Positions 18,006 to 28,322 of a stretch of DNA of 64,000 nt are shown piece after piece. Origin of the DNA: Candidatus Anderseniibacteriota bacterium (lineage in GTDB: Bacteria > Patescibacteriota > JAUYIX01); NCBI GenBank assembly GCA_046350855.1, contig JAXLZM010000001.1:217420-281419 (forward strand), read 5' to 3'. Position numbers and translations under genes: made by a program. A model generated the notes under the pieces. That model searched no databases and was not told where the DNA came from. It worked only from the letters and a program-made list of their open reading frames with translations. Every line of letters starts with the position of its first letter. Positions within the stretch are counted from its first letter, which is position 1.

Positions 18006-19277
18006 TTAGAAAGCTTGCTTGAGGGCACGTTCAACATGGTCCGCCGCAGATTGCCAGCTGATCTGTTTTGTTTTTACTAGTCCCCCTTCGCGGATTTTTT
18101 GCGCGAGTGCCTTGTCGTCAAGTAATTTTGCCAGCGCGTCAGCAATCCCCTGCGGAGTTGGTTGGGCCAGCAGAACCGTTTTGCCATCCTCAAAGACACC
18201 TTCGGTCGTCTCGCTCTTGATGTCCACGACCGGACAGCCACAGGCCATCATCTCGTGCGGAAAAATCGAGTAGTTGGTCAGCGAGCACACCAACGAAACA
18301 CTAGCGCGTCTAAAGAGTGCCCCGAGTTGCTCCTCGTTGAGGACCCCGAGACTCTCGTACGCAAACGGCACGTGGATGCCACTCAAGTCGTAGCCGTACA
18401 AAACGATTTTGGTTTGCGGTCGAGTCGCCTTGAGTTGCTTGAGCGCTTGCAGAGCGAGCTCCCAGCCCCGCCGAGGCGTGGCCGGTCGCGCATAATAGAT
18501 GACAAGATTGGGGTCGCGCTGCACGCTGGCCGCTCCGCCGATTTGTTCATCCGTAAAATACTTGATGGGGTCAAAAGCTTGCTCAAAGTAGGCCGCCGAC
18601 ATACCGTACTTTTTTTGGAGCAACCCTGCCAACCAAGCGCCGTTAGTAACACCGGCCAGACCCATGCGATAGGTGTTCTCGGCAAAGACATAGCTCGAGC
18701 TCATCGGATAAAACCAAGGCTCAAAATCCTGCACCATATAAAACTTTCGTTTGGCGTTACGCGCTTGGTAGACCGGATACGCCGTGTGCCAGTTGGTTGC
18801 GATCAGGGCATCGCACGCACGCAGTTTGCTGACGGCCTGGCTCGAGTCGGCACCCAGCAGGCTGAACTCCGCCTTGACCGGCTGAAAATGCGTGCGTACC
18901 GTGTCGCGGAATTCTGCCGCGGTTTTAAACTTGCTCCGTCCAAAAACGTAAAAATGCTGATCGTGGCCCCGTTCGTCCAAATACCTGGCAATCCGGAAAA
19001 TATTACGGTGGCCCCCGCTGCCGATGTCCATATCGGGGATGACCCAATTAATTTTGAGGGTCGAACGCACACTCTTGAGGCGTGAGGCGTCCGTGAGCGG
19101 GCGCGTGTTCCAGGTATCGAGTTCAACCGTACGGGTAACCGCACCAAAATAGTCAAAATCGTCGCTAAACCGGCCCTTGGTTGGGTCGGTAACATAGGAG
19201 ATGGTGCGGCGCACGGCATAGACAAAACCGTGACGTGTACGCTCTCGGTTAAATTTTGCGATTAGTCCGTTAGGCAT
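18006..19277 (-). CDS. GT4 glycosyltransferase, WsaF-like rhamnosyltransferase
   Basis: GSGGHRNIFR, ATNWHTAY, YMVQDFEPWFYP, YARPATPRRG, EMMACGCPVV. Confidence 0.85.
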   Translation of the reverse strand: MPNGLIAKFNRERTRHGFVYAVRRTISYVTDPTKGRFSDDFDYFGAVTRTVELDTWNTRPLTDASRLKSVRSTLKINWVIPDMDIGSGGHRNIFRIARYLDERGHDQHFYVFGRSKFKTAAEFRDTVRTHFQPVKAEFSLLGADSSQAVSKLRACDALIATNWHTAYPVYQARNAKRKFYMVQDFEPWFYPMSSSYVFAENTYRMGLAGVTNGAWLAGLLQKKYGMSAAYFEQAFDPIKYFTDEQIGGAASVQRDPNLVIYYARPATPRRGWELALQALKQLKATRPQTKIVLYGYDLSGIHVPFAYESLGVLNEEQLGALFRRASVSLVCSLTNYSIFPHEMMACGCPVVDIKSETTEGVFEDGKTVLLAQPTPQGIADALAKLLDDKALAQKIREGGLVKTKQISWQSAADHVERALKQAF

Positions 19278-20301
19278 TGATCAAATGATACTCACGTGAA
19301 ACTCGTTTTTGCAGCCAGTGTGGCAGGCGCTCGAGGCGTGGGCCGACGTACCCGCCCAACTGCCGCATAGTAGCAAGAGCGGCTGCGCGCGGGTACCAGA
19401 GCGTTTTTTGAACCCAGGACAGACGCGGGTCGGAGGCCAGAGCATGACGCGTCGCGAGACTAGCGCGCAGCACCCGACCAGGCAAATGCCAAAAGCGCTT
19501 AACATCAATATACCCAAAGGCCCGATACATCCCCTGCCACTCGTCGGTGTAGCGTCTAAAAAATTCCAGCGTGCCAAAGTTATGCGAGTGGTAGACGGCG
19601 GCGCGTGGTTCATACACTTTAAACCAACCCGCCTCGAGTAAGTCGCGCGCGATCAATTGATCCTCGCAGTAGGTCACATCTCTAAAGTTGCACTCCTCCC
19701 AGGCCGAACGCCGGATGGCTGCATTGACGTCCGAGGAAAACCGCATGAGTTCGTCATTGGGTTGACCCGCACGGTCAACGCCCGGTCCAGGCTTAGTGGC
19801 ATAGGTCGTAGCACGCCCACGTCCGTTTGTATTTTTTTCGGCAAAACCCGCAAAAAAAGCCAGGAGTTCTGCCCGGATCACCGGATTACCATCCGGCCGC
19901 GGCGCTTGTGGCCCAAAAACGATCCCGACATTGGGATTAGCAAATGGTGCGGTGATGTGCGCGAGCCACTGGGGTGTCATAGGCGAGGCATCGTGTGTGA
20001 TCAAAACGAGCAACTCACCACGGGCCTGCTGGGCCATATAATTACGGGTCTTGCCGTGACCAAACTCGCTAGCCTTGATGTGCATCAAGCGCACGTCAAA
20101 CGGCTGCACTGATTTTTGTACCCGCTCGGCAAAAGCGTTAATGCGCTCGACCGTGCCATCGCTCGAGCCACTATCAACGATCAGCACTTCAAAATTGACA
20201 CCCCGTTGCTGCTCGAGGGCACGTAGGACGTGCTCAAAGAGTGGACCTGCATTTTTGGTCGGCAAGAGCACGCTGACTTTGGGAGCAAGCTTTTTGCTCA
20301 T
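19270..20301 (-). CDS. GT2 rhamnosyltransferase-like protein
   Basis: VSVLLPTKNAG, VDSGSSDGT, EFGHGKTRN, THDA, CEDQ, VYHSH. Confidence 0.85.
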   Translation of the reverse strand: MSKKLAPKVSVLLPTKNAGPLFEHVLRALEQQRGVNFEVLIVDSGSSDGTVERINAFAERVQKSVQPFDVRLMHIKASEFGHGKTRNYMAQQARGELLVLITHDASPMTPQWLAHITAPFANPNVGIVFGPQAPRPDGNPVIRAELLAFFAGFAEKNTNGRGRATTYATKPGPGVDRAGQPNDELMRFSSDVNAAIRRSAWEECNFRDVTYCEDQLIARDLLEAGWFKVYEPRAAVYHSHNFGTLEFFRRYTDEWQGMYRAFGYIDVKRFWHLPGRVLRASLATRHALASDPRLSWVQKTLWYPRAAALATMRQLGGYVGPRLERLPHWLQKRVSREYHLINA

Positions 20302-21305
20302 AGGGTGTTGTCCAAGAGTACCGATTTGGTTGGCAGCAACTCGAGGCCGCTGCGGTTCCAATAGGTTTTGTAGGCGCGATAGCCTTTGTAGAGTTGCCAA
20401 CGTAGAGCGCGGGTGAACCAATAGTACTGAAATTTACTCAGCGGTTTTTTAGAGTCACGGTTGATCCAGGGCTCAAGCCAGGCGGTCAGATAACGCGGCA
20501 GGCCGAGACTAAGTAAGGGGTGCCGTCCAAAGGTGAACTGCGCCTCAAGGTGCGGAAATTTAGCCAAAAAATACGCCAACGAGCGACCATTGTTGTAGCG
20601 CTTACGCAAAAACTCTGTATAGGTAGGATGGTAGTCGTGTACCGCAGCGGCCTCTTGGCGATAGATCATGCGCTCGCCGTACATCTCGAGCCGGTAGCCC
20701 AAGTCGATGTCCTCAACGCCGTAGACCGTAAAGCCCTCGTCGTAGCCGCCTACTTTTTGTAAGGCCTCGGTGCGGCAGCTCACGTTGCCGGTATAAAAGT
20801 AAGCAAAACTGGTCTGTTTAGGATCCAAAAATTTAAAGGTATTTTGGTCCTCGCTCTCTTTGAGGTAGCGCAAAAAGCGGCTGGGGCTCTCCTCCCAATT
20901 GACCGAAATATGCCCCAGCACCGAGCACGGTCCCTGCGCATGTCCACGCAAGTGCTCCTCGATCAAGGTTGGCGTGGCGAGGATGTCGTCGTCAATAAAC
21001 AATACCAGCGGCGTACTCGCACGCCGAATTCCCTCGTTGCGCGTGGGTGCTGCGCCCGGCTTTTTTTGGTAGGCGTAGGCCAGGTTGTCATAGCGTTGAC
21101 AGAGCGCGTCCATCATGGCACGGGTTTGGTCACTGGAGCGGTTGTCGACCACAATCACGTCGTACTCAGAGCGCGGCACACTTTGCTCCATGATTAAACG
21201 CACCGTCTCAGGCAACTGCTTGCCCCGATTGTAGGTTGGGATTACCACCGTAATTTTTTTGCCGGTCGAACTCCGAGAGGTCGCTGGCGTAGCGGTCTGA
21301 GACAT
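20298..21305 (-). CDS. GT2 glycosyltransferase
   Basis: VVIPTYNR, VVDNRSSD, FIDDD, GGYDEGF..YGVEDIDLGYR. Confidence 0.9.
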   Translation of the reverse strand: MSQTATPATSRSSTGKKITVVIPTYNRGKQLPETVRLIMEQSVPRSEYDVIVVDNRSSDQTRAMMDALCQRYDNLAYAYQKKPGAAPTRNEGIRRASTPLVLFIDDDILATPTLIEEHLRGHAQGPCSVLGHISVNWEESPSRFLRYLKESEDQNTFKFLDPKQTSFAYFYTGNVSCRTEALQKVGGYDEGFTVYGVEDIDLGYRLEMYGERMIYRQEAAAVHDYHPTYTEFLRKRYNNGRSLAYFLAKFPHLEAQFTFGRHPLLSLGLPRYLTAWLEPWINRDSKKPLSKFQYYWFTRALRWQLYKGYRAYKTYWNRSGLELLPTKSVLLDNTL

Positions 21306-21307
21306 AG

Positions 21308-22330
21308 TTACCAGCGTCTAATGTGATAGTCCCAGCCCACAAATCTAATCCAGCGATGCCCCGGTACGGCGGCCTGCTCGCGCCGGCGTCGGATCAAGTG
21401 TGGCAGGTTACGCAAGTGTGCTACCAGAGCGCGCAGCAACAAACGCTTGCCGGTCAGGGAGTGATCTGACTGCAAAAAAACGAGACGGAGCATCTTGCCG
21501 CCATAGCGCAGGTACTCGCGCAGGCCGCCGTACACAAAGCGCAGCATCAGACCGTTTCTAAAGGCTAGGTAGTACTCGCGCTCACCGCCCTTGGCGCTCT
21601 TGACCCCCTGCTCGTGCCAGACTTTGGCACGGGGTTCGTACACACAGCGATACCCTTTGGCCCACATGCGCCAGGAGAGATCGACGTCCTCACAATACAT
21701 AAAGAGCCGCTCATCAAATACACCGGTACGCAGGAGCGCCCGGCGCCGAAGTAACGAGACTGCCCCACTACACCAGGGGGTCTCCTGGGTTTGCTGGTCA
21801 AACCACTTGGGATGTTCGACTGGTTGCTGCGCGGCCTCGACGATGCCAATCCCGCGCTCTTGCTCGGCCCGCATCACTAAGGTCTTGAGGGCCTCCGGAG
21901 CAATGCGCGTATCGGGGTTGAGCAGTAAAATGTAATCGGCCTGGCAGGCGCGCAGGGCAACATTGCAGCCCCCCGTAAAACCCTTGTTGGTACCTACTGC
22001 TACGAGCGTGACGGTTAGCCCGGCCGTTTGAGCCCGTAGCAAGGCCAGGGTGGTATCGGTCGAGCCGTTATCGAGCAAAAACAAGTGCAACCGATCAGGG
22101 GGATAGTCCAGTGCGCGGATTGCCTCGAGGTAGCGGGTCACGTGTCGCGCACCGTTGTAAAAAACGGTCACGATGTCGACGGTGGGCCAGTTGGTCAAGG
22201 GCTTGAGCGTTGGGAGAGTCACGCGCTCATGGTGTCCAGCCCGAACCACGGCCGGCATACTCTCCGGTAGACGCAAGGACAAGCGTCGTAAAACAGCGCC
22301 ACCAATGCGATTGATCGTTAGCATAAGCAC
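21308..22330 (-). CDS. GT2 glycosyltransferase
   Basis: DNGSTD, NKGFTGGCN, LLNPDT, FDERLFMYCEDVDLSWR. Confidence 0.9.
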   Translation of the reverse strand: MLMLTINRIGGAVLRRLSLRLPESMPAVVRAGHHERVTLPTLKPLTNWPTVDIVTVFYNGARHVTRYLEAIRALDYPPDRLHLFLLDNGSTDTTLALLRAQTAGLTVTLVAVGTNKGFTGGCNVALRACQADYILLLNPDTRIAPEALKTLVMRAEQERGIGIVEAAQQPVEHPKWFDQQTQETPWCSGAVSLLRRRALLRTGVFDERLFMYCEDVDLSWRMWAKGYRCVYEPRAKVWHEQGVKSAKGGEREYYLAFRNGLMLRFVYGGLREYLRYGGKMLRLVFLQSDHSLTGKRLLLRALVAHLRNLPHLIRRRREQAAVPGHRWIRFVGWDYHIRRW

Positions 22331-22389
22331 ACTATTCAGCCACAGCTGCCGGGCTTTTGCAAGGGCTAACGCACACGGCGGCCGACACT

Positions 22390-23640
22390 CTATGCGTGTA
22401 GCTGCAAGAGACTTTTGAGGGCGCTGCGGTACTGGTGATCTTGTTCAACCGACCAGCGCCGCAGCAGGTCTAGTTCACGCTTTTTTTGCTCGAGGAGTGT
22501 GCGCTGTTGACTGGTCCGCAGCTCGCTTGCGTTGAGCTGTCGCCGACGGGCATGGAGTTCTGCCAGAAGATTAAAAATCAGGACCAACTCTTTTTTAGAA
22601 AAATCACGTAGTGCCATGCGGGTCGCCTCGAGGTAGGCCTGTCCAAACTGTTTGTCGGGTTCGAGGTGGTTGCCCTCACCCCACTCGTTCCAGGCGTTGA
22701 TAAAGACGAGTTGTTCGGAGGGTTTATTTTTTTGGGCCTGGAGCAACGTCAGGGAGAGCCAGAGCTGATAGAGGGCGGGAGTCGAGTCGGTAAAGAGGTG
22801 CGCGCCCTTTTTACGGCGAGGCGAATTATCAAAACCGGGCGTGACACAGCCAAAGCGTTTGTAGGCCGGCTTGGGTTGGGCGAGTGCACCGTGCACGAGC
22901 TCCTCGTAGGCAAAAACGACGTCGCGTTCACGGTCGATGCGCGGCCTTGTCGGGATCACCAGCTCCCAGTTAGGTTGAAATTCTACGGCTGCATCAAAGC
23001 CCAAGGCGGTGGGTTCGTCCCGCTCATTAGGAAAGCTCTCCACTCGACAAAGGTACAGCTCGCCGATGCCAAGACGACGCGCCTCTTCACGCCAGACCGT
23101 GGTCAGCGCGCGCGGATCGGGCATGTGGTGGGCCCGGTAGATCAGCCAGAGGGGTTTACCGTCGATGCGAATGTAACGCGGGTCCTTAAAAAACGGGGCG
23201 AGGTACTGGAGATGTTTGCGCTCTCCAGCGGGGCTGTAGCGCTGTGGCATCAAGATCTCTTTTTGTGAACCATCCCAGGCTCGGGTCCAGGGTTCGTTAG
23301 CCCAGCACAGACAAAAGGGGTAGTCGGGTGTCCCTAGTGCTTGCAAGTCCTCGAGCGGTTTTTGTAAGAGAAGTTTGCCATCAAACCAGTAGTGGTAGTA
23401 GCAAAAACCAAAAATACCAGCGGCAGCAGCGAGCTTGGCCTGCTGCTCGCGCACCGTCTCAGCGCGCAAATCGTAGTAGCCTAAGTCGGCCGGCACGTGG
23501 GGCTGGTAGTGGCCGGGGAAACGTGGCTTTTGTTTGGCGACGTTGGTCCACTCGGTAAAACCTTTGCCCCACCAGGCGTCGTTCTCGGGGATCGGGTGGT
23601 ACTGCGGGAGATGAAACGCGATCAGTCGCGGCGGGCTCAT
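22390..23640 (-). CDS. WbsX-like / GH99-like domain protein with C-terminal coiled coil
   Basis: IAFHLPQYHPIPENDAWWGKGFTEWTNV, YYHYWF, CWANEPW, NAWNEWGEGNHLEPD. Confidence 0.9.
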   Translation of the reverse strand: MSPPRLIAFHLPQYHPIPENDAWWGKGFTEWTNVAKQKPRFPGHYQPHVPADLGYYDLRAETVREQQAKLAAAAGIFGFCYYHYWFDGKLLLQKPLEDLQALGTPDYPFCLCWANEPWTRAWDGSQKEILMPQRYSPAGERKHLQYLAPFFKDPRYIRIDGKPLWLIYRAHHMPDPRALTTVWREEARRLGIGELYLCRVESFPNERDEPTALGFDAAVEFQPNWELVIPTRPRIDRERDVVFAYEELVHGALAQPKPAYKRFGCVTPGFDNSPRRKKGAHLFTDSTPALYQLWLSLTLLQAQKNKPSEQLVFINAWNEWGEGNHLEPDKQFGQAYLEATRMALRDFSKKELVLIFNLLAELHARRRQLNASELRTSQQRTLLEQKKRELDLLRRWSVEQDHQYRSALKSLLQLHA

Positions 23641-24683
23641 GACTGTCGCGGTCCGACCAGCGCCTTTTTGAACCGCGCGAGCCGCTGTGCCAGACGATAG
23701 GTTCGGGAGTGCTCGATGTGCTCAAGACGCATCCGCGTCGCCTCTAGCTCCGAGCGCAAAGGGCGCAGCTGCCCGACCTCTCTCCAGAGGGCTTCGTGCT
23801 TGGCATGGAGGGTCTCATAGTTTTTGCGCCAGGCGGCTGCATCAGCTTGGGGTCCCACTTGGAGTGCCTGTAGGCGCCGTAGTTCCGCCTCGATTTGGTT
23901 ACGGTGTGCAATGACCTCCAACTTAGTCTTGACCTCGCTCGTGTAGCGTAAGTCCTCCACATCGGTCAGTTGCGAGGGGGCGGTGAGCGCCGTGAGGGGT
24001 CCGTCCGAGCAGACCGCAATAAAAAACTTAGGGGTACGCTGCCAAGCTTGTGCACCAACAAATTCGGTCCCGGTGCGGATGAGGTAAAACTCGTGCAACG
24101 GCTCGGTCTTAGTCGAGCGGATCGGCCAGAGCTGCGAGCTACTCAAGACCCGCTGACCAAACAGTTGCACGTTGGCAAAGTGACTTTTGGTGAGCTGTTC
24201 AAACTCGTCCAAAAAAAGCTCTTTGATATGGTAGGGATTGTCGTGCTTTTGGTCGTGCTCGTAGATGGCCTTGTTGGGCGTCGAGACCATAAAGACGCCG
24301 CCAGGTTTGAGCAGGCGGCGGACTTCGCGCAGGAGCTCCTCGTGCTCGGTGACATGCTCGAGCGCTTCAAAACAGGTGATCACATCAAAGTGCTGTACCC
24401 CCTCGATGGGAATCTGCGTGATAGAGCCGTGCACAAAAGACAAATTGTGCGCGCTGTAGCGCGAGGCGGCGTGGTGGAGTGCCTCTGCGTTGAGTTCAAC
24501 CGCGGTAACCTGTAAGGCCTGGCGGGCCAACAAAGCTGCTCCATACCCCTCACCCGAGGCCAAATCTAAAACGCGCTTGCCACGCACAAACTGTGCAGCG
24601 TACGTATAGCGATGTAGATGTTCGTACCCTCCCTCGATTGCCTCACTCCATGGCAAGTACCGTTCCCCTGTCTCTGGCAACAT
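23637..24683 (-). CDS. SAM-dependent methyltransferase with C-terminal coiled coil (glycan-cap/WbdD-like)
   Basis: EHLHRY, VLDLASGEGYG, FEALEH, STPN, NPYHIKE; helical tail ending SRTYRL. Confidence 0.85.
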   Translation of the reverse strand: MLPETGERYLPWSEAIEGGYEHLHRYTYAAQFVRGKRVLDLASGEGYGAALLARQALQVTAVELNAEALHHAASRYSAHNLSFVHGSITQIPIEGVQHFDVITCFEALEHVTEHEELLREVRRLLKPGGVFMVSTPNKAIYEHDQKHDNPYHIKELFLDEFEQLTKSHFANVQLFGQRVLSSSQLWPIRSTKTEPLHEFYLIRTGTEFVGAQAWQRTPKFFIAVCSDGPLTALTAPSQLTDVEDLRYTSEVKTKLEVIAHRNQIEAELRRLQALQVGPQADAAAWRKNYETLHAKHEALWREVGQLRPLRSELEATRMRLEHIEHSRTYRLAQRLARFKKALVGPRQS

Positions 24684-24751
24684 AGCGTCCTCTTTGTATA
24701 ACAAAGCCGACAGAACCCAGCAAGCGCCGGCCGGGCGGGTTGCCCACTCGG

Positions 24752-25480
24752 CTAGCCGATGCGCGAGCGGTAGGCACTCACCACAACCTGGGGTGGACCT
24801 TCCATCACTTTGCGGCCACGGTCCATGAGGATGACGCGATCGCTGAACCGTTCGATACTACGCAGGTCGTGTGAGACAAACACGATCGTTTTTTCTTGCT
24901 GCTTCATTTTTTCAAAGAGGGCAAAGCATTTTTGCTGAAAACGCTCGTCGCCGACCGCCAATACCTCATCAAAAAGCAAGATCGGCGCGTCGCTCTGGAT
25001 CGCGGTTGCAAAGGCCAAGCGCACGTACATCCCCGAGCTAAAATTGCGTAGGCGCGTATCGATAAAGCGCTCAAGCTCGGAGAATCGTACGATGTCATCA
25101 AACTTTTCGTTGATCTCGCGGCGGCTGAGTCCCAAGATCGCGCCGTAGAGAAAAATGTTCTCTCGGGCGGTCAGGTCGTAGTTAAAGCCAACTCCCAACT
25201 CCAAAAACGGTGAGATTCGATCACGCACGGTTAACTCTCCTCCAGTCGGTTGATAAATACCGGCAATGATTTTAAGCAGGGTTGATTTGCCGCAGCCGTT
25301 GGGGCCGATCAGCGAGATGAACTCCCCGGGCGAAACGCTAAACGAGACGTTATCGACCGCTTTAAATTGCTCGTAGGTACGCGGCCGCAAGATAGAGGCC
25401 AGGTTTTCTTTAACCGAGCGGCGCTGCTCGTGCGGCACCTTAAAGACTTTAGTGATGTTGTTGAGTTCGATCAGGGGCAT
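24752..25480 (-). CDS. wzt: Polysaccharide ABC transporter ATPase Wzt
   Basis: GPNGCGKST, FSSGMYVRLAF, DEVLAVGD, VSHD. Confidence 0.92.
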   Translation of the reverse strand: MPLIELNNITKVFKVPHEQRRSVKENLASILRPRTYEQFKAVDNVSFSVSPGEFISLIGPNGCGKSTLLKIIAGIYQPTGGELTVRDRISPFLELGVGFNYDLTARENIFLYGAILGLSRREINEKFDDIVRFSELERFIDTRLRNFSSGMYVRLAFATAIQSDAPILLFDEVLAVGDERFQQKCFALFEKMKQQEKTIVFVSHDLRSIERFSDRVILMDRGRKVMEGPPQVVVSAYRSRIG

Positions 25481-25499
25481 AGTGGTAGCGGGCGCGCGG

Positions 25500-26249
25500 T
25501 TAGACTTCTTCTGCAACACGTTTTTCGCGGCTTCTAAAAATCAGATAGCCCAGCGAAAAAATCAAAAGCGAGGCGGCTAGTGTAATGAGTAAGTCACTAC
25601 CGTTGGGCCAGTGCAGTTCTACCAGTAACTCGCGTGTCTCGTGGATAATGCGGTGCATCGGGTTGAGGCCCATAAATTTTACAAAGCGCTGGGGGACGAT
25701 CGCGAGCGGATAAATAATGGGCGTGACCCAAAATCCGATTTGGAGCAAAATCTCCCAGATGCTAGCGAGGTCACGCAGACGGACATACCAGACCGAGAGG
25801 GCCAAGGAGACGCCGAGGGCAATCAAAAAAAGTTCGGCGATGACAAGGGGGAGGGCGGCAAACGTCCAGGCGATCTCATGTTGAAAAATCGCGGCCAGAA
25901 CAAAAAAGATCACAAGGTTGAGCAGGAGTGTGAGGAGGGTGGTGACGTTGCTGGCCAGCACCACCGTAAATTTATTGACGTTAATTTTAGTGAGTAAGCT
26001 CGATTTGTTGACCAAGGAGTGCATGCCATTGAGGGTCGCCTCGGTAAAGTAGTTCCAGAGCAGGATCCCGAGCAAGAGAAAGAGCGGATAGTTAGGGACA
26101 TCAAAACGGACAAAAATTGAGAACACTAAGTAGAGGCTGCCAAAGATGGCGAGTGGCTTAAGCAACGACCACAAATACCCGAGGACCGAGTTTTTGTAGC
26201 GTAATTTAAAGTCGGTGATGGCGAGCTCTTTGAGTAGGCTGAACCGCAT
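25500..26249 (-). CDS. wzm: Polysaccharide ABC transporter permease Wzm
   Basis: DFKLRYKNSVLGYLWSLLKP, RDL, TPIIYP, LNP. Confidence 0.92.
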   Translation of the reverse strand: MRFSLLKELAITDFKLRYKNSVLGYLWSLLKPLAIFGSLYLVFSIFVRFDVPNYPLFLLLGILLWNYFTEATLNGMHSLVNKSSLLTKINVNKFTVVLASNVTTLLTLLLNLVIFFVLAAIFQHEIAWTFAALPLVIAELFLIALGVSLALSVWYVRLRDLASIWEILLQIGFWVTPIIYPLAIVPQRFVKFMGLNPMHRIIHETRELLVELHWPNGSDLLITLAASLLIFSLGYLIFRSREKRVAEEV

Positions 26250-26332
26250 TGGACGAGCAATTCAAGCATGCTAGGAGCACTCTGGCAAGTGTTCTGCTTT
26301 GCATTGCGGACCTCGTTTGCTAGCCTGCGAGG

Positions 26333-27124
26333 ATGGTTTTACGAAGCCCTGGCGACGGTCACTCCTCTAACTGGGTTGTGGTGCCAACATATAACGAGGT
26401 CGAAAATATTGCTTTGCTGATTCCTGCCATCCTCAAACAGGGTCAAGATTTTGGCGTACTCGTTGTCGATGATGGTTCACCCGATGGAACGGCTGACTTA
26501 GCAGAAAAAACCGGCCGTGCCTGGCCGGGACGAGTGGAGGTGGTGCGACGTCAGGCTAAAGAAGGCTACGGTCGCGCCATTATGGCGGGCTGGCGCGAGG
26601 CACTGCGACTCGGAGCCCAGGCGGTGTTTACGATGGACTGTGATTTTTCGCACGATCCGGCGGCCTTGCCTCGGCTGGCCTTGCAGCTTGAGCACACCGA
26701 TGTTGCGGTGGGGAGTCGCTATGTACTCGGTGGTCGGACGGTCAACTGGCCTACCCGTCGCAAGGTGCTCTCGGCCGTGGCCAACCGACTGGCACGATCG
26801 GTGGCGGGATTACCGGTGCATGATTGCACGGGTGGATTCCGCGGGTATCGCATCGAGGTTATTGAGCAGTTGGTGAAAGAGCGCGTGCAATCGGCCAACT
26901 ACACTTTTTTAGTTGAGACACTTTTTTTGGCGCAGCGTATGGATTTTTCGATCGGCGAGATTGCGATCATCTTTAAAGAGCGCGAGCGTGGCCAATCAAA
27001 AGTTAACGGCAAGCTCATTGCGGGCGCGGTACTCAATCTCGCTAAGATTGGACTACGACGACTTTCTTTTGGGCGACCGGCCGCGGCCGCAGCGCCAGAG
27101 CCAGCGCAAACCCGAGCACGATAA
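26333..27124 (+). CDS. Polyprenol-monophosphomannose synthase-like GT2
   Basis: VVPTYNE, VVDDGSPDGT, MDCDFSHDP, GSRY, DCTGGFR, FKERERGQSK. Confidence 0.9.
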   Translation: MVLRSPGDGHSSNWVVVPTYNEVENIALLIPAILKQGQDFGVLVVDDGSPDGTADLAEKTGRAWPGRVEVVRRQAKEGYGRAIMAGWREALRLGAQAVFTMDCDFSHDPAALPRLALQLEHTDVAVGSRYVLGGRTVNWPTRRKVLSAVANRLARSVAGLPVHDCTGGFRGYRIEVIEQLVKERVQSANYTFLVETLFLAQRMDFSIGEIAIIFKERERGQSKVNGKLIAGAVLNLAKIGLRRLSFGRPAAAAAPEPAQTRAR

Positions 27125-28313
27125 AGGGCGCACGGACACCTTCAAAGGTGCTGGGCACGGCTTGGATACTAAGGAGGGCCGCGAGACTGGCCAAGATGCC
27201 GGTGGTCGGCCAACGTTGGCCGGGACCGGCGAGGCGTCGCGCCACGCGCACGACGATCCAGACCAACCAGATGGCTGTGACGAACGCCGCAATCAGCCCA
27301 AACGTCACCACAAACTCGAGCGACAAGTTATGCAGGGCGTGCAGGGTCGGTTGACCCGGGAGTTCTGCCGTTACTAACTGGCTGGAGGCACCCGGCCCCA
27401 GCCCACGCCAGGGCTGCAGCTTGATCACGCGGATCCCCTCTTGCACCAGGGTCCAACGCGCATCAAAGGACTGGCGCACCCCGATCGTGGCCAAGCTCAC
27501 CCGCTCGCGCACCGAGTCGGGCAAAACAAACCAATTGAGTCCAATGAGCAACGCCACGGCCAACGCGACAAGCCACAGTTTGCTGCGATATTTAGGCAGA
27601 CGCACCAAGGCAACGATAAAAAAGATGAGAGCGGCAAGCGCGAGGGCAAGGAGTGTCAAGGACGAACCCGTAAAAAAAACGGCAACCAAGCCGGCTGCGA
27701 CCGTACCGAGTGAGAGCCAGCGCCGCAGGCCGTTCCAGGCCAATCCAAAACCGGCAAGCAGCGGCAACAACAAGCCGAGACTGGCCGCCAGGTGGTTCTG
27801 CCCGATAAAGACGGAGGTGATCGCCCACTGCTGACGATAGGGGTTGTGTAAATTTGAGAGAGGCAGGTGTGTGTCGGCGAGTTTTTCGATGAGGCCGATG
27901 AGCACGATGCCGATCACGGCAACGAGCAACGCGGTCGCCACGTACTTGCTACCAATACTAGGACGAACAGCAACTCCAATCAGTGCGACCAACACAAAGC
28001 CGTTCAGCCACTCGTAGGCAAGTGGGATAGTCTGCGGAAAATGCGACCAGGTCAGCGAGAGCAGTGTCCAGCCGATGAGGAGTGCGGGCACAAGGAGCAG
28101 CTGCCACAGACCCGCCTTTTGACGCGACTCTTTTTTAAAGAGCACAACGAGCGCCCACACTAACAGTGTTAGCCCACCGAGAATCAAAAAGTTACGCGGA
28201 GCAAAGACGAGAGCGCCAAGGCGCGTCGCGGTGAGGTAGCGGGAATACTCCGCCAGCAGCACAAAGAGGCACGCCAGCGGAATCAGCCAGTAACGCTCAA
28301 ACTTTTGTTCCAT
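27042..28313 (-). CDS. O-antigen ligase-like (WaaL/Wzy_C) membrane protein
   Basis: About 12 TMs; QNHLA, TGS, RW...PWRGLGPG...HALHNLSLE. Confidence 0.8.
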   Translation of the reverse strand: MEQKFERYWLIPLACLFVLLAEYSRYLTATRLGALVFAPRNFLILGGLTLLVWALVVLFKKESRQKAGLWQLLLVPALLIGWTLLSLTWSHFPQTIPLAYEWLNGFVLVALIGVAVRPSIGSKYVATALLVAVIGIVLIGLIEKLADTHLPLSNLHNPYRQQWAITSVFIGQNHLAASLGLLLPLLAGFGLAWNGLRRWLSLGTVAAGLVAVFFTGSSLTLLALALAALIFFIVALVRLPKYRSKLWLVALAVALLIGLNWFVLPDSVRERVSLATIGVRQSFDARWTLVQEGIRVIKLQPWRGLGPGASSQLVTAELPGQPTLHALHNLSLEFVVTFGLIAAFVTAIWLVWIVVRVARRLAGPGQRWPTTGILASLAALLSIQAVPSTFEGVRAPFIVLGFALALALRPRPVAQKKVVVVQS

Positions 28314-28322
28314 CTCTCTAGC

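Noticed and set aside
27042-27124. Convergent 3' gene overlaps (83 nt here, 71 nt at 48587-48657)
   Set aside because: Low-complexity tails in a compact genome; no evidence of function.
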